Assembly (NCBI GenBank): GCA_902780385.1
Contig: CACZFF010000015.1
Location: 4,802-68,801, forward strand
Length of the DNA stretch: 64,000 nt
Origin: an uncultured Lachnospiraceae bacterium
GTDB lineage: Bacteria > Bacillota > Clostridia > Lachnospirales > Lachnospiraceae
Reading direction: 5' to 3'
The notes under the pieces were generated by a model. The model made no database searches, was not told the origin of the DNA, and was given only the letters and a program-made list of their open reading frames with translations. Shown piece by piece: positions 8,244 to 16,629 of the stretch. The translations under genes were made by a program, and so were the position numbers. The number at the start of each line of letters is the position of its first letter. The first letter of the stretch is position 1.

Positions 8244-9641
8244 ATGGGTTTGAAACTGGAGGACTGCATTTTATATGCGGTCACGGATACGAGCTGGCTG
8301 CGCGGGCAGACACTGGCTCAGCAGGTGGAGGCTGCTCTGCAGGGCGGCGCCACGATGGTGCAGCTCAGGGAAAAGGAACTGGAGGGCGAGGCACTTGAGC
8401 AGGAGGCGAGGGAAATCCTCGCTGTCTGCCGTAAGTATGGCGTACCCCTTCTCATCAACGACGATGTCATGCTGGCGAAGAAGATCGGCGCAGAAGGTGT
8501 GCATGTAGGCCAGAGCGATATGGCGGCGGCGGAAGCCAGGTCCATTCTGGGACCGGATGCCATCATCGGCGTCACGGCAAGAACGATCGAGCAGGCACAG
8601 GCTGCAGAAAAGGCCGGCGCGGACTATCTGGGCAGCGGCGCTGTGTTCGGGACTTCTACGAAAAAAGATGCAAAGCCCCTGGATCCCGCCTACTTTCAGC
8701 AGATCTGCGAGAGTGTTTCTATTCCTGTCGTCGCGATCGGCGGAATCACAGCGAATAACATCCGGCAGCTTGAAGGCCGGAAGATGAGCGGCTTCGCCAT
8801 CGTCAGCGGTATTTTTGCCGCGCAGGATGTAGAGGCACAGACAAAGAAGCTCTGGAAGGCAGCACAGGAACTGTGCCTGCCGGGCGGGCCCGAAAGGCTC
8901 CGCGCCCTGGTGGAAAAACGCCGTCCGGTCGTCCAGTGCATCACCAATATTGTGACAGTCAACGACTGTGCAAATGCCCTGCTGGCCATTGGCGGGTCCC
9001 CCACCATGGCACATCACCCGGAGGAAATGGCTGATTTCGCAGCTGTCAGCGATGCCCTCGTCTGCAACATGGGAGCCACAGAATCCCTGGTTGCTATGAT
9101 GGCGGCAGGCATGGCATCGAAAAACGGCCGCCCTGTGGTCATTGATCCCGTGGGATGTGCTTCTTCGGCATTCCGCCGCGGAAAATGCCTGGAACTGATC
9201 AAGGCAGTGCAGCCCTCCTGCATCCGTGGAAATGCTGCGGAGATCAAGGCGCTTGCAACCGATCATAATACAGGCAGGGGTGTGGATGACCTGGAAGCGG
9301 AGACGCCCGACGCAGCGCGCTCTGCCATGGACCTTGCGCGCAAAACAGGCGCGATCGTAGTCGCTTCCGGCGAGACCGACTATATTGCCGATGGAATCCG
9401 GCTCTATGAAGTAAAGGGCGGAACAGCTTGGATGTCCAGAGTGACCGGAACCGGCTGCATGCTCAGTTCCCTCCTCGGCGCATTCCTTGCCGTTGAGAAT
9501 TCCGCGTTGAGTGCCGCGGCCTGCTGCGCCATGATGAATACCTGCGCAGAGAAGGCACTTGCGGAAACGGCGGGCAGACAGGGCGGTACCGGCACTTTCC
9601 ACATCTGCCTCATGGATGCCCTGTCCGGCATAATCCAATAA
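8244..9641 (+). CDS. thiE/thiM: fused thiamine-phosphate synthase (ThiE, N-terminal) / hydroxyethylthiazole kinase (ThiM, C-terminal)
   Basis: N-terminal half LYAVTD...GGATMVQLREKE...VHVGQSD...AIGGI is ThiE-like. C-terminal half VVQCITNIVTVNDCANALLAIGGSPTMAH...GTGCMLSSL is ThiM-like. Single uninterrupted ORF. Confidence 0.85.
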   Translation: MGLKLEDCILYAVTDTSWLRGQTLAQQVEAALQGGATMVQLREKELEGEALEQEAREILAVCRKYGVPLLINDDVMLAKKIGAEGVHVGQSDMAAAEARSILGPDAIIGVTARTIEQAQAAEKAGADYLGSGAVFGTSTKKDAKPLDPAYFQQICESVSIPVVAIGGITANNIRQLEGRKMSGFAIVSGIFAAQDVEAQTKKLWKAAQELCLPGGPERLRALVEKRRPVVQCITNIVTVNDCANALLAIGGSPTMAHHPEEMADFAAVSDALVCNMGATESLVAMMAAGMASKNGRPVVIDPVGCASSAFRRGKCLELIKAVQPSCIRGNAAEIKALATDHNTGRGVDDLEAETPDAARSAMDLARKTGAIVVASGETDYIADGIRLYEVKGGTAWMSRVTGTGCMLSSLLGAFLAVENSALSAAACCAMMNTCAEKALAETAGRQGGTGTFHICLMDALSGIIQ

Positions 9642-9685
9642 AGAAATCCAATAAAGTCCGATAAAGTCCAATAAAGACCAGCTCT

Positions 9686-9825
9686 GAGGCGGTTTTGAGT
9701 CACATGAGACAAGCCTGAATGAGTCATAGGGGACGGTTCTGAATAACTCATTGCGTGCAATGAGTTATTCAGAACCGTCCCCGGCGACTCATTCAATAAT
9801 GTCCCCGGCGACACAAAACCGCCTT
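9686..9825. repeat. nested palindromic REP-like element (core GGGGACGGTTC)
   Basis: 54-nt perfect palindrome at 9729-9782 (GGGGACGGTTCTGAATAACTCATTGC-GTG-reverse complement). It is enclosed by AGGCGGTTTT / AAAACCGCCT. Direct repeat CCCCGGCGAC x2. Preceded by (T/A)CC(A/G)ATAAAG x4 at 9638-9682. Confidence 0.85.
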
Positions 9826-9963
9826 TAAACTTGCTGTAGATGATTTGCTGTGGATTTGGTAAAATATTACCATAATCACACACAGTCCTATCAGGGCCGC
9901 AGGAATTGTAAGCGAGTCTTGCTCCAGAGTACAGCAGAAGAGGCACCGGAAAGGAGGGCGCGG

Positions 9964-10560
9964 ATGAACAGAGTCATGATTACAATCGGCAGGCAGTTCG
10001 GCAGCGGAGGACATAAGATCGGCGAATACCTCTCCAACCGTCTGGGAATGTCCTATTATGATAATGAATTGATACTTCTTGCCGCGCAGCGCGGCGACTT
10101 AAAGGTCGAGCACATCCAGGAGATGGATGAGATGATCCAGAATCCTTTCCTGTATGAGAAGCAGGATGCGGTCGTTGAAGATACACTGGAAGAAACGGTG
10201 TTTGAGCTTCAGCAGGAGGTGATCCGGCAGCTGGCAGAGAAAGAGAGCGCTGTTTTCGTCGGACGATGCGCGGATGAGGCGCTCAGGAAGGCAGGATACA
10301 AAGTGCTCAGCATCTTTATTTCGGCGCCCCTGAAGCAGCGGATTGCCAGGACCTGCCGCGTGCAGGGAATCAGTCAGGAAGAGTGCGAAGCCCTGACCGA
10401 GCGCAAGGACAGTTCCCGCAAAGCTTATTACGAAAAGCACACAGGTCGGACATGGGGCGTTCCGGAGAACTATGATCTCTTCTACGACACCTCCAAAAAC
10501 GATATCTCCTATATAATTGTGGATATCATCAAAAAATATAAGGAGATGATCAGCGAGTGA
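9964..10560 (+). CDS. cytidylate kinase-like family protein
   Basis: ITIGRQFGSGGHKIGEYLSNRLGMSYYDNELI is an N-terminus typical of this family. Start chosen at ATG 9964. Confidence 0.75.
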   Translation: MNRVMITIGRQFGSGGHKIGEYLSNRLGMSYYDNELILLAAQRGDLKVEHIQEMDEMIQNPFLYEKQDAVVEDTLEETVFELQQEVIRQLAEKESAVFVGRCADEALRKAGYKVLSIFISAPLKQRIARTCRVQGISQEECEALTERKDSSRKAYYEKHTGRTWGVPENYDLFYDTSKNDISYIIVDIIKKYKEMISE

Positions 10561-10606
10561 GAACGGGCCCCCCGGGCTCCGGAAAATTGAAAAGTACGTG
10601 AAAGAA

Positions 10607-10655
10607 CAGGCTGCAGCATCACCAGATCATTTTGGTGATACTGCAGCCTGTTTAT
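10607..10655. terminator. bidirectional hairpin between convergent genes
   Basis: CAGGCTGCAGCATCACCA ... TGGTGATACTGCAGCCTG followed by TTTATT. Confidence 0.65.
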
Positions 10656-10765
10656 TCTTCATCGCGCAAGACTCGCGAGCGAGTCTTGAATACAGCTTTT
10701 TCAGGAGACCTTGTCTGAAAGGTCAGGTGAATATGTTTCTGCTTCCCCCCGGGAAATCTGGCGAT

Positions 10766-11866
10766 TTATGAAACAAAATGATAGGAGCCCATAATGAGTC
10801 CGGCAAAGATCATGATGAGGATCGTGATCGCACCCAGGAGAGCGTCAAAGGCCAGGACAGCGAAAAAGCGAAGCCAGGCATTCCGGATCCGGCTGATGCC
10901 CATGACGGACCAGACGTCCAGATAGTTTCCGGTGAACAGCAGCATAATGAAAGTACATATAGAATAAATAATCCGCTCGACCCAGGTCTGGAAGCCAGGC
11001 TCTATGCCTTCTGCTGTAAATCTCAGGCAGATTGAGAAGGCAAAGGTATAGATAAACACTGCCATGAGTATATTCATGGGCTTTTTGCTGCGGAAGCCCG
11101 GGATCCAAAAGTTGTTTCTGTAGGTATTGCGCTCATATTGGTCCGGATGGCTGCGGCAGGAGGCCAGCGCACTTTGCAGTTCTTTTACGGATCTGTAGCG
11201 GTCTTTGGGGTCGATGCGCGTACATTTTTTGATGACTTTTCCAAGTCTCCCGCGGTGCATTCTGTCCTTGGGCAGGACACCGGTCACCAGTTCATTGAGC
11301 AGGACGCCGGTAGAGTAGATATCGGTCTGTACACTGGAGGCACCGAAACCATATTGTTCGGGGGCAGCGTAGCCCACGGTCCCGATCTGCTGTGTATCTT
11401 CTTTTTTCATCGGATCTGCCTGCCGGGCTGCATTCATGTCAAGCAGGCGGATGCTTCCGTCGGCTGTCCGGATGATATTGGAGGGCTTGATATCCCTGTG
11501 CAGGATCGGCGGATTTGCGCTGTGCAGCTCCAGCAATATCTGGCAGAGCTCTTCGACAATGGTGACGGCAGCGTCCTCTGTAAAAATGTTTCCGTTGTCG
11601 AGTATCGTGCGCAGAGTCTGTCCGCTGATATATTCTTCTATGACGATCAGACGTCCGTCCTGCTCTACGATCTCCACAATCTCGGGTGTCCCCTTTACAT
11701 GGTGGGTGTACAGATACTCATAGACATCCGCGTTATAGGTCTCCAGTATTTTTTTGACATAGACTGTCCCGGTCGCAGTGTGCTGTACAAGTGTGATGCC
11801 ATGCTGCGGATTCAGTACTGCAATTTCCTGGTAACAGGACAGTATACACGCATCAGTTGTTGTCAT
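10766..11866 (-). CDS. Hanks-type Ser/Thr protein kinase with C-terminal multi-TM domain
   Basis: HRDIKPSNI catalytic loop, DMNAAR, GTVGYAAPEQ activation segment. The C-terminal ~100 aa are hydrophobic. Start at 11866 preceded by GGAGGG. Confidence 0.9.
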   Translation of the reverse strand: MTTTDACILSCYQEIAVLNPQHGITLVQHTATGTVYVKKILETYNADVYEYLYTHHVKGTPEIVEIVEQDGRLIVIEEYISGQTLRTILDNGNIFTEDAAVTIVEELCQILLELHSANPPILHRDIKPSNIIRTADGSIRLLDMNAARQADPMKKEDTQQIGTVGYAAPEQYGFGASSVQTDIYSTGVLLNELVTGVLPKDRMHRGRLGKVIKKCTRIDPKDRYRSVKELQSALASCRSHPDQYERNTYRNNFWIPGFRSKKPMNILMAVFIYTFAFSICLRFTAEGIEPGFQTWVERIIYSICTFIMLLFTGNYLDVWSVMGISRIRNAWLRFFAVLAFDALLGAITILIMIFAGLIMGSYHFVS

Positions 11867-12214
11867 TAAAATCCCTCCAGACAAATATACGGGTTTTGAG
11901 AGGGCAAACTCCTGAAAGCCGCGAAAGCACATATGGCTCAGCCTCTATTGCATGCCCGCTGTAGTAATTAAAGTGTATCACAAAGGATATGGTTAAAGAT
12001 ACATATATACATTCTCGACAGGAATCGACCGGGCGCATAGTTACTGTCCGCGCACTTTCGAAGGCGTGGATATGTAACGCTGCGTTCTGCTGTTCCAATG
12101 CGCTTTGCGCACAGAGCGGTATCTGTGAAAGCAATCCCGAGAAAACACCAAATAGATAAAATAATTACAAAGTACAAAAACTGTATCGTGATATAATATA
12201 CTAACTCAAAACCA

Positions 12215-12390
12215 GACGGTGTCGGACAGCAGTCACGGGACTGCGGTGTCCGGTGAAAAGGGAAACAGGTGAGAGACCTGTGCGAACTCGTCACTGTAAA
12301 TGGAAATGCGGACTGCATCGGGAGAAATTCCGGTCACTGGAAACGGGAAGGCTGCAGTCTGATGAAATCCATGAGCCAGGAGACCTGCCG
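12215..12390 (+). promoter_or_regulatory. cobalamin (B12) riboswitch
   Basis: AAGGGAAACAGGTGAGAGACCTGT, CGTCACTGTAA, GGTCACTGGAAACGGGAAGG and the B12 box GAGCCAGGAGACCTGCC. Extended -10 TGATATAAT at 12189-12197. Upstream of a BtuF-like binding protein. Confidence 0.8.
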
Positions 12391-12675
12391 GCTGTGTATT
12401 ATCCTGCACCCTCGAGATAAGGGAAGATAATAAATACCGTTCTCAGCAGCTGATCATTGTCTGATCGGTTTTCACTCTGAGGCTGAAATATGCCTGCTTT
12501 GTCTGAATGAAAAAATGCAGCTTTTTTACAGATCTGCTGCGTGCTATTTTGCTGTGGCCGGAATTATCTCTATGCGGGATGATCCGGCTTTTTTTCTGCG
12601 GTAAATATTCCTTTTCACCAGGGATTCCTGCGGCACCTGTCTGCAGATCACCATGCAGCAATAAGGAGGAACGGC

Positions 12676-13770
12676 ATGAAAAAGAAGGCAGCAGCGGCAA
12701 TCTTGTGTGTGGCAATGTCAGTGGTGATGGCAGGATGCGGTGGAGGAAACAGCGCTTCTTCCAACGCATCGGAGAGCACGACAACCGTCACCGGCTCAAA
12801 GGGTGACGAATATGTAGTCGACAAGGAAGCAAAGACAGTCGAGACGGATTCTTCCAAGAGTGACTATGAGCCCTATACGATCACCTTGAATCTGGAGCGC
12901 TCCGGAATCGGCCAGAACATGGAAGAGACTTTTACTTCCGCTCCGGAGAAGGTCATTGCGGACGGCGACCAGATGGCAGACTTTTTCTTTGACCTGGGCC
13001 TGGAGGACCATATGGCGGGCTTTACCCGCGGCGCCTGCTGGTCGACGGTCAATGAATACCCGGCGAGAGATACCGTCACGAAGATCACGGATGACGGCGT
13101 CAACCTTTCCAATGCATCCAAAGAGCAGATTCTGGCAACGGGATGTGACTTCATGATGGGGTGGGATTCCCTGTTTTCAGAAGACCATTTTTCCGTGGAT
13201 TTCTGCCTGCAGAACGGTATTATTCCCTACTTCCCTTACTGCTGCTCGGATTCCGCGACCTTTGATGATATTTATAAGGATTACGAGGTGCTGGGCAATG
13301 TTTTCGGTGTCCAGGATCTTGCAGCTGAGCGCGTCCAGACTATGAAGGACACACTGGCATCTGTCGAAGAGACACTGGGCGAAGAGGTCTACGCAGATCC
13401 GATCAGGGTATTTGTCTATGATTCCGGCGAGGAAGCTCCCTTTACGGCCTGCCAGGGTGTGCCCGGAGATATGATCAAAAAGGCCGGCGGGATCTCCATT
13501 TTTGACGATATCGACAAGGGCTGGGCGACACCTTCCTGGGAGGAAGTCGTGGAGAGAGATCCCGATGTCATCCTGATCCTTGATTATGACTACGACACCG
13601 AAGAGAAGACCGAATTCCTGAAGACCAATGATTTCACAAAAAACCTTCGCGCAGTCAAAGAGGGAAGGATCTATTCCGCGTGCTGCTCTGATATGCAGGG
13701 ATCTGCGGGTTCCGCAAAGGCTGTCGAGATTATGGCCAGGCAGTTCTACCCTGAGAAATTCGAAAAATAA
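12676..13770 (+). CDS. ABC transporter substrate-binding lipoprotein (cobalamin/siderophore PBP family)
   Basis: Lipobox VMAGCGG. Periplasmic-binding-protein-like body (PDVILILDYD). First gene downstream of the B12 riboswitch. Confidence 0.8.
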   Translation: MKKKAAAAILCVAMSVVMAGCGGGNSASSNASESTTTVTGSKGDEYVVDKEAKTVETDSSKSDYEPYTITLNLERSGIGQNMEETFTSAPEKVIADGDQMADFFFDLGLEDHMAGFTRGACWSTVNEYPARDTVTKITDDGVNLSNASKEQILATGCDFMMGWDSLFSEDHFSVDFCLQNGIIPYFPYCCSDSATFDDIYKDYEVLGNVFGVQDLAAERVQTMKDTLASVEETLGEEVYADPIRVFVYDSGEEAPFTACQGVPGDMIKKAGGISIFDDIDKGWATPSWEEVVERDPDVILILDYDYDTEEKTEFLKTNDFTKNLRAVKEGRIYSACCSDMQGSAGSAKAVEIMARQFYPEKFEK

Positions 13771-13934
13771 ACTGACAGAAGGTTATTCAGCCTATATTCC
13801 CCGGGAGTACTCCACACGGAAGTCTGATGGAACTCCCGGGGAGTCTGTTGATTGATGCTGATCTGTATAGATATCTGCATAGGATTTTCCGAACAGACAT
13901 TTTCTGCAAGGCTCTTGTTAAGGAGATTCAATCC

Positions 13935-15011
13935 ATGCCAAGAATTAAGGATGCTTTATTTCCTCTTCGAAAAAGGTCCCGGTATCTGCTCTTTTGTGCG
14001 GTCATGCTGGCTGTTCTTTTTGTGCTGCTGATACTTGCAGCAGGTCTGGGAAGTGTCTCGCTTCCTTTTGAGACGATCCGGTCGATCATTGTCAATACGG
14101 TAATGAAAAAAGAAGTTTATCCGGTGACCTGGGAGGAGAGCGCCGAGACGATCCTGCTGGGAATCCGTATTCCCAGAATTCTCACAGCCTTCATCGTGGG
14201 CGCGGGACTGACACTATGCGGAATCCTGATGCAGGCTCTGACCAAGAATCCTTTGGCGGATCCCTATGTGCTGGGCATTTCCCACGGCGCATCCGCAGGC
14301 GCAGTGTCTGTCATCATGTACGGCTATCTGAAGTTCCTGGGCGGTTACGGGACAATGGTGGGCGCTTTCTGCGGAGCGGTCATTTCCATTGCGCTGGCAC
14401 TTAAGATTGCCGCCATCCGCAACAAGGTTACTGCGACACAGCTGGTCCTGGCAGGAATCGCGGTTTCCGCTCTCTTCGGCGCCATCACCAATTTCATGAT
14501 CTACCACACCAAAACAGGTTCGGATAAGGTAAAAACCGCGACCTACTGGATGATGGGGTCGCTCAGCGGTGCCTCCTGGGAAAAGCTGAAGTACGCGACG
14601 ATCGCTTTCGTGATCTGTCTGATATTCATTCTTTTTCTCTCGAAGGGGCTGGATGTCCTGCTTCTGGGGGATGACGTGGCGGTCACTGTCGGTGTCAATA
14701 CAGAGCGGCTGAAAATGGGAATCATCATTCTGGCAACTCTTCTGACAGGCGTCATCGTTTCCATCAGCGGAACCATCGGCTTTGTCGGCCTGACGATCCC
14801 TCACATCACCAGATCAATTGTGGGGACAAAGCACAAACGGCTGATCCCTGCCTCTGTTCTGGTGGGCGGCACATTTCTTGTCGCAGCCGATATCATATCC
14901 CGTGTGGCTGTAGCCCCGGAGGAACTGCCGATCGGCGTTGTATCCGCCTTTTTCGGAGCACCGTTTTTCCTGTATCTGATCAGGAAATCCCACGGAACAT
15001 TTGGGGGGTGA
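13935..15011 (+). CDS. FecCD/BtuC-family ABC permease
   Basis: RIPRILTAFIVGAGLTLCG, LADPYVLGIS, GFVGLTIPHI, LPIGVVSAFFGAPFFLYL. AAGGAG RBS before ATG 13935. Confidence 0.9.
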   Translation: MPRIKDALFPLRKRSRYLLFCAVMLAVLFVLLILAAGLGSVSLPFETIRSIIVNTVMKKEVYPVTWEESAETILLGIRIPRILTAFIVGAGLTLCGILMQALTKNPLADPYVLGISHGASAGAVSVIMYGYLKFLGGYGTMVGAFCGAVISIALALKIAAIRNKVTATQLVLAGIAVSALFGAITNFMIYHTKTGSDKVKTATYWMMGSLSGASWEKLKYATIAFVICLIFILFLSKGLDVLLLGDDVAVTVGVNTERLKMGIIILATLLTGVIVSISGTIGFVGLTIPHITRSIVGTKHKRLIPASVLVGGTFLVAADIISRVAVAPEELPIGVVSAFFGAPFFLYLIRKSHGTFGG

Positions 15012-15784
15012 AAAGGATGAAGCTGGAAGTAAAAGACATCACGTACTCAATAGACGGAAAGCTCATCGTGGACGGCGTCAGCCTGGGCATCAGGGAGGGT
15101 GATTTCGTCGGCCTGGTCGGCCCCAACGGCTGTGGCAAATCCACCCTGCTTAAAAATATCTACAAGGTTTACAAGCCCGACGCCGGAGCGGTGTTTATCG
15201 ACGGAAAAAGCACGGCGGACATGAGCAGCAGGGAGACTGCAAGAGAGATGTCTGTCATGCAGCAGGAAAACAACGTTGAATTCGACATGACTGTCTATGA
15301 CATGGTCATGCTGGGCCGCTATGCGCACCAGAAAATGTTCGGGACCGACATGGTGAGTGAAAGAGAGAAGGTCTTGGCCGGAATCCGGGAGGTGGGCATG
15401 GAGGGCTTCGAAGAGCGCAGCTTCCTCTCACTTTCAGGCGGTGAAAAACAGAGGACGCTGGTCGCCCGTGCGCTTGTCCAGCAGGCAAAACTCATTATTC
15501 TGGACGAGCCCACCAATCATCTGGATATCGGATATCAGTACCAGATCATGAATATCCTCAAAAGGCAGAACCTCACTGTTTTTTCCTCTATCCACGACCT
15601 GAATGTTGCGGCCTGCTACTGCGACCGGATTCTTTTGATGAAAAAAGGCAGGATCGTCGACGCAGGAACTCCGGAGGAAGTCTTTGTCCCTGACAAGATC
15701 CGGAATCTTTTTGGAATTGATTCCTCCATCACGATCAACAAAGCAACCGGCAGACCCAATATCATGTTCATTCCGCAGGTGTAA
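15008..15784 (+). CDS. ABC transporter ATP-binding protein (BtuD/FepC-like)
   Basis: Walker A GPNGCGKST, signature LSGGEKQR, Walker B LIILDEPT. The start overlaps the permease stop; alternative ATG at 15017. Confidence 0.9.
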   Translation: MKRMKLEVKDITYSIDGKLIVDGVSLGIREGDFVGLVGPNGCGKSTLLKNIYKVYKPDAGAVFIDGKSTADMSSRETAREMSVMQQENNVEFDMTVYDMVMLGRYAHQKMFGTDMVSEREKVLAGIREVGMEGFEERSFLSLSGGEKQRTLVARALVQQAKLIILDEPTNHLDIGYQYQIMNILKRQNLTVFSSIHDLNVAACYCDRILLMKKGRIVDAGTPEEVFVPDKIRNLFGIDSSITINKATGRPNIMFIPQV

Positions 15785-15879
15785 ACACACAAAAATACGT
15801 TTATTATCGCCTTTTCTGCAATGGAAAAGTGTATAATCAGGGAGAAGGCCTGATTTCGCCTGCAGCAAGGAGAGCAGAT

Positions 15880-16344
15880 ATGGAAAAAACGACCAACACC
15901 CTGACCAATATTTTGAAAAAAACGAAACCTGATTCAATCGGTGAATACGTCAAGGCAAATGCGGAGGACGTTTTCACACAGGAGAATCCCTTTTCGACCT
16001 ATATGCGGGAATGTGTCAGAGAAAAAGGCCTGCGCTTTCAGGAAATATTTCTCCGTGCCGATCTGTCGGAAGGATACGGCTACAAGCTGATTTCCGGTGA
16101 GAAACACACCCGCCAGCGGGACACGATCCTCAAGCTCTGCCTGGGTGCCGGCTTCTCTCTGCAGGAGACGCAGCGGGCCCTGAAAATTTACGGGATGTCG
16201 CCTCTCTATGCGCGCTTTCCCCGGGATGCGGTTTTTATTTCCGCCATCAGTGCCAAAATTTATGAAATTTCCGAGATCAACAGTCTCCTTGCCCGGAACG
16301 GACAGCCTCTCCTGCGCGGTTCCGAAGAAATGCAGAATGACTGA
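15880..16344 (+). CDS. putative XRE-like helix-turn-helix regulator
   Basis: LSEGYGYKLISGEKHTRQRDTILKLCLGAGFSLQETQRAL resembles an HTH. AAGGAG RBS before ATG 15880. Function not established. Confidence 0.5.
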   Translation: MEKTTNTLTNILKKTKPDSIGEYVKANAEDVFTQENPFSTYMRECVREKGLRFQEIFLRADLSEGYGYKLISGEKHTRQRDTILKLCLGAGFSLQETQRALKIYGMSPLYARFPRDAVFISAISAKIYEISEINSLLARNGQPLLRGSEEMQND

Positions 16345-16487
16345 AGCGGAGAGTACGATCTGCCCCCTTCAGAAGGTCTATACAGCAGTGATGTGTGAGC
16401 AGGTTCAACAGGATAGAAAAACTTGCAGGCAGAGATATTTACACTGCATATAGACAAAATTAAAAAAGAATATACTCGCTAAAAAGA

Positions 16488-16519
16488 GGTCAGGTACATT
16501 GGTACCTGGCCGCTTTTTT
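16488..16519 (+). terminator. intrinsic terminator
   Basis: GGTCAGGTAC-ATTG-GTACCTGGCC followed by GCTTTTTT. Confidence 0.7.
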
Positions 16520-16629
16520 GCTGGCTTTTCAGTTTTGCTTGACAGTATTATCTTTTTGGAAAGAAGCATGCTATACTTGACCTGGCGCTGTCAGTTGTTA
16601 ATGTACGGAAGAATAGACGAGAGGTTGGG

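Noticed and set aside
8271-9671. 466-aa ORF antisense to thiE/thiM. There are similar long antisense ORFs at 817-1635, 27665-28720, 32758-33693, 53031-54185, 54201-55034, 60297-61196, 61508-62986, 26611-27495, 11138-11869, 38435-39406 and 31126-31944.
   Set aside because: Each lies opposite a gene with clear family motifs. Their translations are Arg/Cys/His/Gly-rich with no recognisable motifs and no RBS. These are typical shadow ORFs of GC-rich coding DNA.
12507-12806. 99-aa ORF between the B12 riboswitch and the binding-protein gene.
   Set aside because: It is Cys/Arg-rich, overlaps the true lipoprotein start in another frame and lies within the riboswitch expression platform.
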